From Octopus sinensis (Eukaryota), in contig NC_043003.1 in NCBI RefSeq assembly GCF_006345805.1, positions 90,210,001 through 90,274,000 on the forward strand: a DNA stretch of 64,000 nucleotides, in the 5' to 3' direction. Shown one piece after another: positions 1-11,720 of the stretch. Below the pieces are notes generated by a model. The model was given only the letters and a program-made list of their open reading frames with translations, did no database searches and was not told the DNA's origin. Each line of letters opens with the position of its first letter. Position 1 is the first letter of the stretch. The translations under genes and the position numbers were made by a program.

Positions 1-24
1 TTGATGATACTTCTGACAATTTGC

Positions 25-230
25 CTATGACCTCTTGAATGACTGCTCAGTCCTGCTGCAGATCTGCATAGTTTGATGACAAATGAAAGTTGCAACTTCT
101 ACTAGATTGATTGGATCACTCTGTGAAATATCATCCCTGTGAGCTCCCATATGTCTCTTCAAATGTGAAATTGACTTGCAAGCCCTTTCACACATGACAC
201 AAGTCAAATCACCTGGTCCAGCAGGAAAGG
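25..230 (-). mobile_element. 3' end of an RTE-type LINE (C-terminal C2H2-like motif)
   Basis: ORF CVMCERACKSISHLKRHMGAH resembles the C-x2-C...H-x3-H tail of RTE ORF2; no splice context seen. Confidence 0.45.
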
Positions 231-334
231 TATTGCATACAGTTGATTTTTCATGGAACTTCAGATGGTTGACATACCCAACCTTGGAAAGGAGTACACA
301 TGGTCACACATTTCACACCTCTAATACTTTATCT

Positions 335-572
335 TTATTTTTTACTTGTTTCAGTAATTAGACTGTGGCCATGCCAGGGAACTGCCTTGAAGAATTTTTA
401 GTTGAATGAATCAACCCCAGTACTTATTTCTTTTCAAAAGCCTGGTATTTATTCAATCTGTCACCTTTGCTGAACTGCTAAGTTACAGGGATGTAAGCAT
501 CAGAACCGATTGTCAAGCAGTGTGGGAGGAAAAACTAAGACACACACACACACACACACACTTGCACCCCTC

Positions 573-610
<38 letters not shown>

Positions 611-767
611 GATGGACTTCTTTCAGTTTCCACCTCCCATATCTACTTACAAGGCTTTAGTCAACCCGAAGCTATAGCAGAAGACACTTGCCCAGGTACC
701 ACACAGTGGGACTGAGACCAGAACTATGTGGTTGGGAAGCAAGCTTCTTACCACACAGCCACGCTTG
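335..767 (-). mobile_element. tRNA-derived octopus SINE
   Basis: Minus strand begins GCGTGGCTGTGTGGTAAGAAGCTTGCTTCCCAACCAC...GGGCAAGTGTCTT (A/B-box-like head); internal (TG)n; homologous to 48808-49210. Confidence 0.8.
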
Positions 768-1139
768 TGTCTATAATTTCTCATTAATCATGTAACCATT
801 TTTGGTGATCTTGGGTGAGTCTGTAACCTTTTGATTGAGCTTTTGATGAAAGAATGTGTTGCAGATAACTAAGTTCAGTTCTGAATAAAGTACAAATAGT
901 TTCAAACCATTAGTGTTCTCTTCAGAAATGCCATGTCGACTAAGTATATATCATGTCTCATAGTCTCTACTAACTCATACATGGAAATGCCTGAGAATGA
1001 CAATTTTTTCATCAACTGGCTGTAATAGCAGTACAAAGATTTTCGAGTTTCCAAATTGTTTAACTATAAATTGAACTGCTTACTAAATGAATCAGATGCA
1101 TGAGATTTATATACATCAGTCATCATCAATGTCAAATAT

Positions 1140-1380
1140 ATGTACACACACACACATATATGTATATATATATGTGTGTGTGTATTTATATAAATGTGTG
1201 TATATATATATATATATATGTGTGTGTGTATTTATATAAATGTGTGTATATATATATATATATATGTGTGTGTATATATATATATGTGTGTGTGTGTATA
1301 TATATGTATATTTATACATATGTATATTTATACATATATGTATATTCATACATATATGTATATTCATACATATATGTATA

Positions 1381-1420
<40 letters not shown>
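1140..1420. repeat. Compound (TA)/(TG) microsatellite
   Basis: Directly visible; source of several spurious ORFs. Confidence 0.95.
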
Positions 1421-1430
<10 letters not shown>

Positions 1431-1756
1431 AGTAAAGAGTGAAAAAACGACAGAAGGCTTAAATGTTAAAAAATATATATATTGTGTCAATATGTCTGAA
1501 GAATATTAGAAAATTTTTTTTCCTTTATAATGACATAATTTTTAAAGAAAGACCGGTTTCGCATTTAGCTTTTCAAATTTCTTAATTTGAAAAGCTAAAT
1601 GCGAAACCGGTCTTTCTTTAAAAATTATGTCATTATAAAGGAAAAAATTTGTTTAAAAAATTTTCTAATATTCTTCAGACATATTAACACAAATATATAT
1701 ATTTTTTAACATTTAAGCCTTCTGTCGTTTTTTCACTCTTTACTATTTTTTATATA
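1419..1756. repeat. Near-perfect ~340-bp palindrome with 4-nt loop at 1580-1583
   Basis: Arms are reverse complements (GCATTTAGCTTTTCAAATT-tctt-AATTTGAAAAGCTAAATGC), one ~11-nt indel. Confidence 0.95.
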
Positions 1757-1811
1757 TTCACCCACATGCTTTCACAAACCAACTTTCTTATCTATATATA
1801 TATATATATAC

Positions 1812-1925
1812 TTTATTTAAAGCCGCAGAAAATTCAACAAAACCTGTTACTCTGAGTTTCCCATTGCCGGCAACAGGAAACTCAGAGTAACAGGTTTTGT
1901 TGAATTTTCTGCTGCTTTAAATAAA
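1812..1925. repeat. ~50-bp inverted repeat with 14-nt spacer
   Basis: TTTATTTAAAGCCGCAGAAAATTCAACAAAACCTGTTACTCTGAGTTTCC and its reverse complement. Confidence 0.9.
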
Positions 1926-1995
1926 GCATATTACTCTACCACTGGTATTTGAGTACTCTTTTTTCCACCTTGTTTCACATTTATGTGTTTACTCC

Positions 1996-2039
<44 letters not shown>

Positions 2040-2064
2040 TATATGTATGTATGTATATTCATAT

Positions 2065-2870
2065 ATCATCATCATCATTTAGCGTCCGCTTTCCATGCTA
2101 GCATGGGTTGGACGGTTCAGCTGGGGTCTGGGAAGCCAGAAGGCTGCACCAGGCCCAGTCTGATCTGGCAATGTTTCTACGGCTGGATGCCCTTCCTAAT
2201 GCCAACCACTCCATGAGTGTAGTGGGTGATTTTACGTGCCAGACGAGGCTGGCAAACGGCCATGGTCGGGTGGTACTTTTTACGTGCCACCGGCACGGGG
2301 GCCAGGCGAGACTGGCAACGGCCATGTTTGGATGGTTCGCTTACATGCCACCGGCACTGGTATCACAGCTACAATTTCCATTGATGTTGGTCAATTTTGA
2401 TTTCGATTTTGTTTCTCGCTTGCCTCAACAGGTCTTCACAAGTAGAATTTTGTGTCCCAAGAAAGAAAGGTATGCATAAGTGGACTGGCTACATCCCAGG
2501 TAGAGGTCATGGGTTATGGTCTCACTTGTCCTGCCGGGTCTTCTCACGCACAGCATACTTCCATAGGTCTCCGTCTCTAGTTATTTCCTCGGTGAGACCT
2601 AAAGTTCGATGGTCGTGCTTCACTACCTCGTCCCAGGTTTTCCTGGTTTTCCACAGGTTCCCTCAACCGCTAGGGTGTGGCACTTTTTCACACAACTATC
2701 TTCATCCATTCTTGTCACATGACCATACCAGTGCAAACGTCTCTCTTGCACACCACAGCTGATGCTTCTTAGGTCCAACTTTTCTCTGAAGGTACTTACA
2801 CTCTGTCGAGTATGAACACTGACATTACACATCCATCGGAGCATACTGGCTATGTATATTCATATATATA
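2065..2870 (-). mobile_element. RTE LINE 3' end (RT C-terminus plus 3' tail)
   Basis: MLRWMCNVSVH...QERRLHWYGHVTRMDEDSCVKKC; tail ends GGAAAGCGGACGCTAAATGATGATG. Confidence 0.85.
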
Positions 2871-3019
2871 TTCATGGAAAGCGGACGTTAAATGATGATG
2901 ATGATGATGATGATATATATATATATATATATATTCATATATATGGCTAAAACAATGCGAAGTGCATTGTGACCAGTGATGTGTAGCAACATCTGATAGC
3001 CTGGTCGGTCACGTGATCA

Positions 3020-4785
3020 TGTGATATATACCCAGGAATTTTCCTTGGCCTTATGAAGTGAAGGAGAAAGCTATTTGGCTGTCCATGTGTGCTTACTCCT
3101 GTGTGTGGGTGCACTTATGTGTATATAGGAATGAGTTTGTTTCCTCTCTATCTGTCTGAACCCTTCCCCGCTGGTGGTAGCCTCCATTATACCTGTAATC
3201 CCCCTCTACTTGGACAAATGCAACCAGTTTCAGCTGACTCCCTCCTAACTTAACATTGGAATATCCATATTTTTGCTACACCGTTTGAATTTACATCGTT
3301 CGGTGACCATAATGCTTATGCTTACAATGCTGCTAACACTGGCTCCTACCTCCAGGTCAGAAGAGAGAACAGATGAAGCATGTCTAAAAAACGAACACCG
3401 CAACAACTCTCTTTTCAGGCGCTGAATAACATCCCTCCTCCCCAAACCTCACCCCACATTCCCTTCCCAGTTTTCAGAGTTGGCACTGTCTATGTTGGCA
3501 CACTGAAAGGTAGGTCTAGTGAGATTGTAGAGATGCTTGAAAGGAGACAGGTTGATGTATGCTGCATACAAGAGGTAAGATGGAGAGGAGCTTCAGCTAG
3601 GGTCCTCACAGGCAAGGTATATAGGTATAAAGTCTTCTGGCAAGGTAACATGGATGGTGTAGGGGGTGTAGGCATACTCCTTGCGGAGAAATGGGTGGAT
3701 AAGGTCATAGAGGTTGTTAGGGTATGCAATAGAATGCTTAAGCTCAGTCTAGTACTGCAGAACAGCACAGCTACAATTATCTCCGCCTATGGCCCACATG
3801 CGGGGCTACCAAATGACCACTTTTATGATACCCTTCTACAGGCTACCTTAAAGACGAGTGGCAATGACGTCATCTTTGTGGCTGGAGACTTTAATGGGCA
3901 TGTTGGGCAGGAATCTGGTATCTTCAGTGGGGTACATGGTGGCCATGGTATTGGCACCCAAAACAATGAGGGAACCAGGCTACTGGAGTTCTGTGATGCA
4001 TTTAACCTTTTAATCTACAACACTAACTTCAGGAAGCCAGACAGCCACCTTATAACCTATCAATCAGGGGACTCTGCTAGCCAGATTGATTTCATCCTCA
4101 CCAGACTACGGAACACAGGGTTGCTCTTAAATACAAAGACTCTCCCGGGTGAAGAATGTACCCCCCAGCATAGGCTAGTCATTAGTGACTTTAGGCTCGA
4201 GGCCAGAAGGATACCAAGAAGCAGACCAATCCCAAAAAAGAAGAATTTGGAAACTAAAGAAACCTTCACATGGTCAGAGATTTAGGGACATCCTCATCAA
4301 GAAATTTGAGGAGAGGGAGAGGAGCTACAGACATCAGACATAGACGGTATCTGGAAATTCCTACGGGACAGCTGGCTGAGTGCCACAGACCAAGTCTGCG
4401 GATGGTGCAAAGTCCCTTCCAGACCTAGAGTTATGTGATGGTGGAATAGTATGGTAGACAATGCCATTAGAGCAAAGAACAGGGTTGGGGTAGCAGGGAA
4501 CTGTACCAGGTAACCAAAAGGTAGGTTGGGCGGCAGGTATCCATAGCCAAGGGTGAAGCGGAAAAGAAGAAGTTTGCCAATGTCCAGTGATATGAGGACC
4601 AAAGAACTGAGGTATTTCGGATTGCAAGACAGTGTGTGAGAGAAAATTGTGATGTCACAGGAGAGAAATGTGCTCGAATGGATGATGGTGCACTTGCTTT
4701 TAGTGATTCTGAAAAGAAAGAGGCTTGGAGAAGCCATTATGAAAGACTGCTGAATGTGGAGAATGAATGGGAGGATGAGAGCCTA
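3020..4785 (+). mobile_element. RTE LINE 5' part: APE endonuclease and linker, frameshifted and truncated
   Basis: ORF 3380-4285 with VGTLKG, DVCCIQEVRWRG, AGDFNGHVG, SQIDFIL; 5' boundary approximate; ends at a Helitron fragment. Confidence 0.9.
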
Positions 4786-5040
4786 AGTAAGGCATGTGTA
4801 AAATTTGAATGGAATTGGTTGTGTAGTTCTCAAGTTTTAGGGAATTTTAGTGGAGAAGATATGATATTGCTATGGGCTTGCTCTAGGAAGAAGTTGAACA
4901 TTTTTTTTGCTGATGACACTCCCCGGACCCTAAGTAAGGCATGTGTAAAATTTGAATTAAATCGGTTGTGTAGTTCTCAAGTTTTAGGGAAGCAGACAGA
5001 CAGACAGACACACACATTCTCAGTTTTATATATATAAAGA
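4786..5040 (-). mobile_element. 5' end of the non-autonomous Helitron family also at 14909 and 58745
   Basis: Reverse complement of TATATATAAAACTGAGAATGTG...CCCTAAAACTTGAGAACTACACAACC, including the duplicated ~150-bp unit. Confidence 0.85.
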
Positions 5041-5044
5041 TATT

Positions 5045-6035
5045 ACAAAATATAAAGTTATATCTTGAGATCGTTAGTGACAACAACGCTCAAAATATAT
5101 AACAGACTGGAACAGTAGTGCTCAAATGAGCTTAAAGCCTTAAATCCTTAAAAATGTTTTAGCCTGAAGGCCGCGGCCATGCTGGGGCACCACCACTGGA
5201 ATACACTTTTTAATCCGAGGGGAGGCAATGCGAGCAGCAACTACAAAAGCACTACAAAATCCACAGAAAGATCAAACACATACATATATTCATATATATC
5301 TACAGAACAGACATAAAGCCCGACGTTTAGAAATATATAGTAATATATAAATATTAAAATATATTGTACGCATAAGATCCACTCGACATTCCATAAGAAA
5401 TTTAGAAATAAAAATTGCAATAAAAGTTAGAGGTAATAATAACAATTGAGTTAAATATAGTAAATATAGTAAGTGGTAATTAAATATATTTTATTTTATT
5501 AAAATGGTAATTAAATCATTATATAACAATTAAAAGAAGAAATAGCAATTAGTATAAAATGTATTAAGGACTTGAACTCGAATATGTGGCTTTGCATGAA
5601 TGGGAGAAATTAAAAGATGAAAAATTTAATTGTGTGCAGAAGTGAATTAGTCCAGATGGACATGTGCTCATACCATTTACTATAGCTGCTAGATTGAATT
5701 ATATGCTTATAAAGTAGCATTCAGTATCTAGGAGAATTTTTGGGAGTACGTAATGTCTGGTCTTTCGCATGTAGCAGGTATGTAATTGAGCATTTGTTTC
5801 CGTGTACTGTGTTGTGTGTAAAAAACATCCTGACGAGGGGAGTGTCAATTTTAAATATATAATATGTTTCATATTAATCTCCGTAGATGAACTTTTATGT
5901 ATTTTTGTAAATTTGTATATTTGTCTTCTATGTATTTTTCTCTGAAATTTTAATTCGTCTTTTTAATATGTCATTGTATGTTTTATTACCACAAATTTTT
6001 AATTTAACAAATTTATACCAAACTAGCACTATGCT
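5045..6035. mobile_element. Rearranged Helitron-related segments
   Basis: 5045-5112 matches the subterminal 3' region of the 14909 element (minus); ~5430-5730 matches its interior (plus); ends CTAGCACTATG. Confidence 0.6.
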
Positions 6036-6054
6036 TGTATGCATATATATATAT

Positions 6055-6500
6055 AGTTGTATTTAGGAATGGTCATTTTGCCAGTTTAGCCAATAAAAAC
6101 ACATGCACTATATATTTGCTGTTACTTAGCTTCAGCGTTATTCATTTTTTACATTAAACTTAATCTTATTTCAGCCAGAGTTCTTTCGTCACACTCCTGT
6201 GACCGCATCAGTGGTCCTTTGCTTTCTTCTTTCTTATTTGTGTGTCAGCCATTTTGTATTTCTATTGTATGTGTCTTCATTTGCGCATGCTTATATCTCT
6301 ATGTGCGTCTGTTTAGTGAGTGTGTGTGTGGGGGGGAATGCCTGTAATATTTGTATCCTGTTTATATACGTTCGTGTAATTTGTTTTTGTTTATTTGTAT
6401 TTTGTTCATGTGTTTACACCCACTTATTATTATTATTATGTATGTATGTATGTATAATAATAATAATAATAATAATAGTAATAATAATAATAATAAATGT
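6055..6500 (-). mobile_element. PLE pseudo-LTR-like repeat containing a hammerhead-like motif (6173-6218)
   Basis: Homologous to 30763-31130 and 34315-34397; minus strand CTGATGC-G-GTCACA-GGAG-TGTGAC-GAAA. Confidence 0.6.
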
Positions 6501-6930
6501 TTAAATATGCATAGTACCCAGGATAAAATACATAAAGACAGAAAAGCAAACAGTGAAAATGCTATAAAGATGAAAGGGTGTTTAGGTTCATCAGGAGCAT
6601 TGTTGGATAATTTTGGAAATCATGGAGTTTATTTATTTATCTATTTTTTTGCTGTTTCCTGACAGCTAAGTACCAACATGAGTAGTTTATTCCTTACTCT
6701 CTGAAATTCTGAGTGAGAAATAATGTTTCTGAAACTCATGGGTGCTGTACTATGTCCATAAGTAATAGCAGTATTGAATACAAAATGGTGGCCAAAATCG
6801 TTGATAAATGGTTAAGAATTGAATGTCTTGATCTGAAGAAATGGTAATCTATGTGAAAAATTATTTAGGTATTGATTGTTTATCTGTTCATATTCTTGAC
6901 TTATGTTTCTGTATCATTTATATCTTTCAG

Positions 6931-7053
6931 ATTCATATAGATTCTAAAGCAGACTTTGGTATGCCCTCTCTGTTTCCTGGTCACTTACATTTTAAATGGC
7001 ATTCACAAAACCAAATGGATTCTATGAATCGCAGCAGAAATACTTTCATAATG
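6931..7053 (+). CDS. Internal exon of UPF0489/C5orf22-like gene A (IHIDSKADFGMP...RNTFIM)
   Basis: TCTTTCAG acceptor, GTTTGT donor, 123 nt, phase 0/0; resembles the H-x-D-S-H-x-D motif; joins in frame to 17094. Confidence 0.75.
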
Positions 7054-7199
7054 GTTTGTATCACTTTTGACTATTTAATTTATGATGTGTATGTCTCTTC
7101 TATTTTATTAATTATTATAAAACTTCCACTGAGGAGGTTTCCAACAAAGATACAAAACTCCATCTTTGGGATGTAGTTAACACAGACAAATTCACATTT

Positions 7200-8940
7200 G
7201 GTACTTGAGGAAAGTCTTGCATATCTTTACTGTTCCACTTGCAGATTGCACTTGTAATGTATGAATTAGCCGGTTGATTTCTCTTTCTGAAAATCCCAGT
7301 TTATCCAGATTCTCCTTTAAGTATTTACTAACAAAACCCAGCACACCAATTACTATTGGTATGGATATGAATTCATAGTCTGGATATACAAGCTGGTGGT
7401 TTTGAAGCAGTTATCCATAGAGATCCTCTTTTTCTTTGATTTTCAAAGAGATATTTATATCTGCAGGGCAGCTGACCTCTATATGGTACATACCTTTGCT
7501 CTTCTATCCCAAACAACAATATGTTATGTTTACATTTGACAGAAGTTTTGATAGGAATATTCCACCAGTATTCCTTGAGTTGGAGTTTATGAATGTATTC
7601 CAAAATACAGTTTATTTCAGGACAGTCTTTTTTGAAGATGGCATTGTAAATTGGTTTAGCAACATTCTGCCACATAGGGAGGTAGTACCGTGGTGACATT
7701 TTAGGACAGCTGCTAATCACATGTATGATGTCTCCCATAGACTACACATGCGGTGGCACCTTGGGATTACAAGAGCGTCACTGTCTCTCTTTTTCACCAG
7801 GTACTTTGTGGCAATCACCAGGTACTTTGTGGTACTTTGTTCCCCGATTGCAAACTCATAGCCCTCGAAGTGTGGTATAGTGGTCTTGTGTCCAAGAGAG
7901 GCTGCACTTCATGTCAGTTCTACTGTCTTCTTCAAGATTCTTGGCAACATACCCGTGCATAGTCTTTTTTTTTTGTATGCTGAGTGCTTTCCATCCATGT
8001 CTTCTCTGAGGTAAAAGAGCCCAGCTGTTTTGGGGCTGTATAGGAAATCATCAGGAAGTGAGTGCTTCTTGAGGAGTGCAACTGCTAACTTCTACAATGT
8101 TACTCACTTCACTTTTCAGCACTGCATTTATATATTTATGTTTGCTGCTTTGTGTGGAATGGGAGAGATAAAGAGACCATTGATGCACAGGTTTGGAGTT
8201 TGGGGGATTGACTTTCCTCATTCTATAACCAAATATGAACATTTCTTTTGGCCAAATTCCATGCCTATATCGGCTGAATATGTTATTAATTGCAGTTGTT
8301 TTTTAGCATAAATCTTCAGGTCGTCTACAAAGAAATTATGGGTTACATTGATATTTCTAGAAGTTGAAGATCCTAGCATGTAACCATTTTCTGCAGTAGC
8401 AATGATAATGGATTCAGTGCCAAAATGAAAAGAAGTACAAGAAGACTATCTCCCTGGAATATTCCCTTTGAAATGCCTATACTATCAGAAACAATTATTC
8501 TGTTTTCAGTTGTAAGGATAAGAATTGTTGTCCATGTCTTTCTGAGTCTCTCTATAGCAACAATTAAGGTAGTAAGTACTTTTGCCAAATGTAGGCACTT
8601 CAGCAGCCATGAATGAGGGATAGTCAAATGCCCTCTTATTGTCAAGCCATGCTGTCACAAGGTTTCTGCATTGTTTTCTCACTTCAGACAGTACAGCTTT
8701 GTTTATTAAAAGTTGTTTGACACATCCCCCACTCTCTTCTTTCCACCAGCCTGTTCACAATGTTGTTCGACTCACAATGGTCCTGGAGGAATTGGTTGAG
8801 GCAACTTGTGTACAGTTTGTACATAATGTTTAGGCAAGCAATGAGCCTTCAGTTTCCTGCCATTTCAGTGATTTCATTTTTGGAAACAAGATTTGTTCTT
8901 GCTGTAGCAAGCCAATTTGGTATTCCATAGTCCTATATTT
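7200..8940 (-). mobile_element. Degenerate R4/Dong-like non-LTR retrotransposon (RT plus restriction-like endonuclease)
   Basis: IPHSWL...KGIFQGDSL..LLFILALNPLS (RT); DIIHVISSCPKM (Zn-knuckle remnant); EYWWNIPIKT. Confidence 0.75.
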
Positions 8941-8984
8941 ATATACATTTATATATATATATATATATAGTTAATTCAAACATG

Positions 8985-9240
8985 AAAACACAATGAGAAA
9001 ACACAACGCGGGGACGTGGAACAAGTATAGTGTTATTGGACACTCAGGAAAAGAAAGAAAGAAAGAGGATTTAATGTTTCGAGCGGAGCTCTTCGTCAGA
9101 AACATAGGAAAAGGAAAGGTCTAAGGAAGGGAAGATGGAGGAAAAAAAATCGCCAACGGTACACATGCGGTCACATTTTGAATGACTGGAAGGGAATGGG
9201 TGAAGAAAAAGTTCTTTCAAAGACAGGAGAGTGCAAGAAA
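8985..9240 (-). mobile_element. PLE-derived repeat with a minimal hammerhead-like motif (9069-9103)
   Basis: Minus strand GTTT-CTGACGA-A-GAGC-TCC-GCTC-GAAA-CA-TT-AAAT. Confidence 0.6.
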
Positions 9241-10500
9241 AGGAGGTATGTGTGTGTAAGTGTGGATATGTGCGTGCGCGCAGGTCTGTGTTTGTGTTTA
9301 TCTATGTGTGTAATGATAGCATGTGTGTCTGTGTTTGTGTTTGTGTGTATGTATGTGTGTAATGATAGCACGTGTGTCTGTGTGTGTTTATGGCTGTTAA
9401 TCTATGTGTGTGGTTGGGCTTAGTATCGTTTTAAAGTCAAGGAAGAATGAAGTAGGAGTGGCTCTTGTGTCTACCTACACATGTGCATAGAAGAATGGTC
9501 AGTGGAAGGTACTGGTAGTTTGAAGTATGTGTGTGTGCGTATATGTATTGTGTGTGTTTTGTTTGTAGTGTGTGTTCGTGTGTGTATGCGTAGAGGTTGT
9601 GCGTGTGGGGAATAACTACTTTACTTTGTGTATGTGTGCGTGTTTGCTGGTATGTGCATATGTGTGTATACATGTATGTATAATTGTGTACGTGTATGTA
9701 TGAGTGTGTGCTGTGTGTATGGGAGGTATGTGTGGGTTCATTTGTGTGTGTGTGTGTCTATGTGCATGTAGTTGTGTGTGCATATATGTGTGTGTGTGTA
9801 TGTGTGTGCGTGTATGCGTATGTGGGTGTATATATGTGTATCTGTGGGGTTGTCAGTGTTAGGTGTGTGCGTGTGTGCATGCGTATGTGTGTGCATGTTT
9901 GTGTGTGTGTGTCTGTGTTTATATGTGTATATGTATGTGTATGTGTGTGCGCATGTATGCATATATTGTGTGTGTATGTATATATATATAGGTGTGTATG
10001 TGAATTTGTGTAGGCATAATGTGCGTGCTTGTGTGTGCGTGTGTGCGTGTGCCCATGTGTGTATAATTGTGTGCATGTCTGTATGTATATTGTTTGTTGG
10101 AGGTATATGTGCGAACCTGTGCTTGTGTGTGTACATGTGTATATGTGTGTGCGTGTATTATGTGTGTGTGTGCATGTGTATATGTGTGTGTGAGCGTGGA
10201 GATGTGTGTCAGGTTGTGCATTTTGTTGTGTGTATGTGGTTGTGTGTACGTTTACATGTGTGTCTAAAGGTATGTATGTCTGTGTGTGCATGGGGTTGTG
10301 TGGGATAGGTTTCTGTGCATTCCTGTGTGTGTGTGTGCATGGGTGTATGTGGGTGTGTGTGTATGTGTATGTATGCATGTGTGTATGTGTGTATATATGT
10401 TCATGGATGTATGTTGTATGTGTGTAGTGTGTGGGAGATTTTTGTGCGTTTGTGGATACGTAAGTATGTGTGTGTATGTGTTCATGTATAAAAACAATAA
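9240..10500. repeat. Long degenerate (TG)-rich low-complexity tract
   Basis: Directly visible. Confidence 0.9.
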
Positions 10501-10715
10501 ATAAAAAAAACAAAAAATTATAAAAACAATAAAATATATAAAATATATGGAAGTTGATCCAACATAAAAGACGCAATTACAAGTAAGAAATGAAAAATGA
10601 AGAAGAGAGAAGAAATAAAGTTGCTTATTGCGGGAGGTGTAGAGGCAGTCACTAAGAGGAGGGGGCTATGTTAAGTCCGTGATATATATATACACACACA
10701 CATATATATTTATGT

Positions 10716-10792
<77 letters not shown>

Positions 10793-10795
<3 letters not shown>

Positions 10796-11188
10796 GCCCT
10801 ACAAAGGCTCATCAACTGTTTTGAGCAAGCATGTAATGACTTTGGCTTAGTTATCAGCCTCAAGAAGACCAACATTATGGGTCAGGCTACATCGTACATC
10901 CCAAACATACATATTGGAGACCACAGATTACAGGAGGTGAAGAAGTTTACCTATCTTGGCTCTACCATCACCTACAACCTATCCCTTGATGCTGAGCTCA
11001 ATATACGCATTGGCAAGGCAGCTGCTGTGATGGCCCGACTCTCCAAACGGGCATGGGACAACAATAAGCTGACCAAGACCACAAAAATGAAGATCTACCA
11101 GGCATGTATACTTAGCACTCTACTGTATGGAAGTGAGACTTGGACGCCATACACACGCCAAGAGCGTCGCCTAAATATCTTTCACGTG
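10793..11188 (+). mobile_element. RTE-BovB-like RT C-terminal fragment
   Basis: LQRLINCF...[10 protein letters not shown]...FTYLGSTI...RIGKAAA...LLYGSETWT. Confidence 0.85.
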
Positions 11189-11700
11189 TAACTGCAAAGA
11201 CCCGGGCTGCTTCCTCCACCAGTTTCTCATAGCCCAACCAATCCAAAGTACCTGGATTGCAGAACGACCTGCAGTGCTTACCTTGGATCGTAAGGTGACC
11301 TGCTGTTCTTGAGGAGACCTATTGAGTCAAGTACATCAACATCAAAATAAATATCAAATGAAAATTGTAGTTGTGATACCTGTGCCAATGGCGCATAAAA
11401 AGCACCATCCAAACGTGGCCGATGCCAGTGCCGCCTTGACAGGCTTCTGTGCCTGTGGCACGTAAAAAGCATCATCCGAATCGTGGCCGCTGGCAGCCTT
11501 CCCTGGCACCTGTGCCGGTGGCACGTAAAAAGCACCCACTACACTCACGGAGTGGTTGGCATTAGGAAGGGCATCCAGCTGTAGAAACACTGCCTGATCA
11601 GACTGAAGCCTGGTGCAGCCTCCTGGCTTCCCAGACCCCAGTAAAACCGTCCAACCCATGCTAGCAAGGAAAATGGACGTTAAATGATGATGATTATATA
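11187..11700 (+). mobile_element. RTE 3' tail
   Basis: Ends GCAAGGAAAATGGACGTTAAATGATGATG; first ~237 bp are the reverse complement of 11721-11958. Confidence 0.85.
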
Positions 11701-11720
11701 TACATATATATATATATATA

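Noticed and set aside
25-207. Host C2H2 zinc-finger gene
   Set aside because: Single finger, no linker-repeat array or splice context; fits a LINE C-terminus
1100-1490. ORFs rich in YI/CV/HT repeats (also 9437-10576, 30110-30379, 54733-54975)
   Set aside because: Translations of (TA)/(TG) microsatellites
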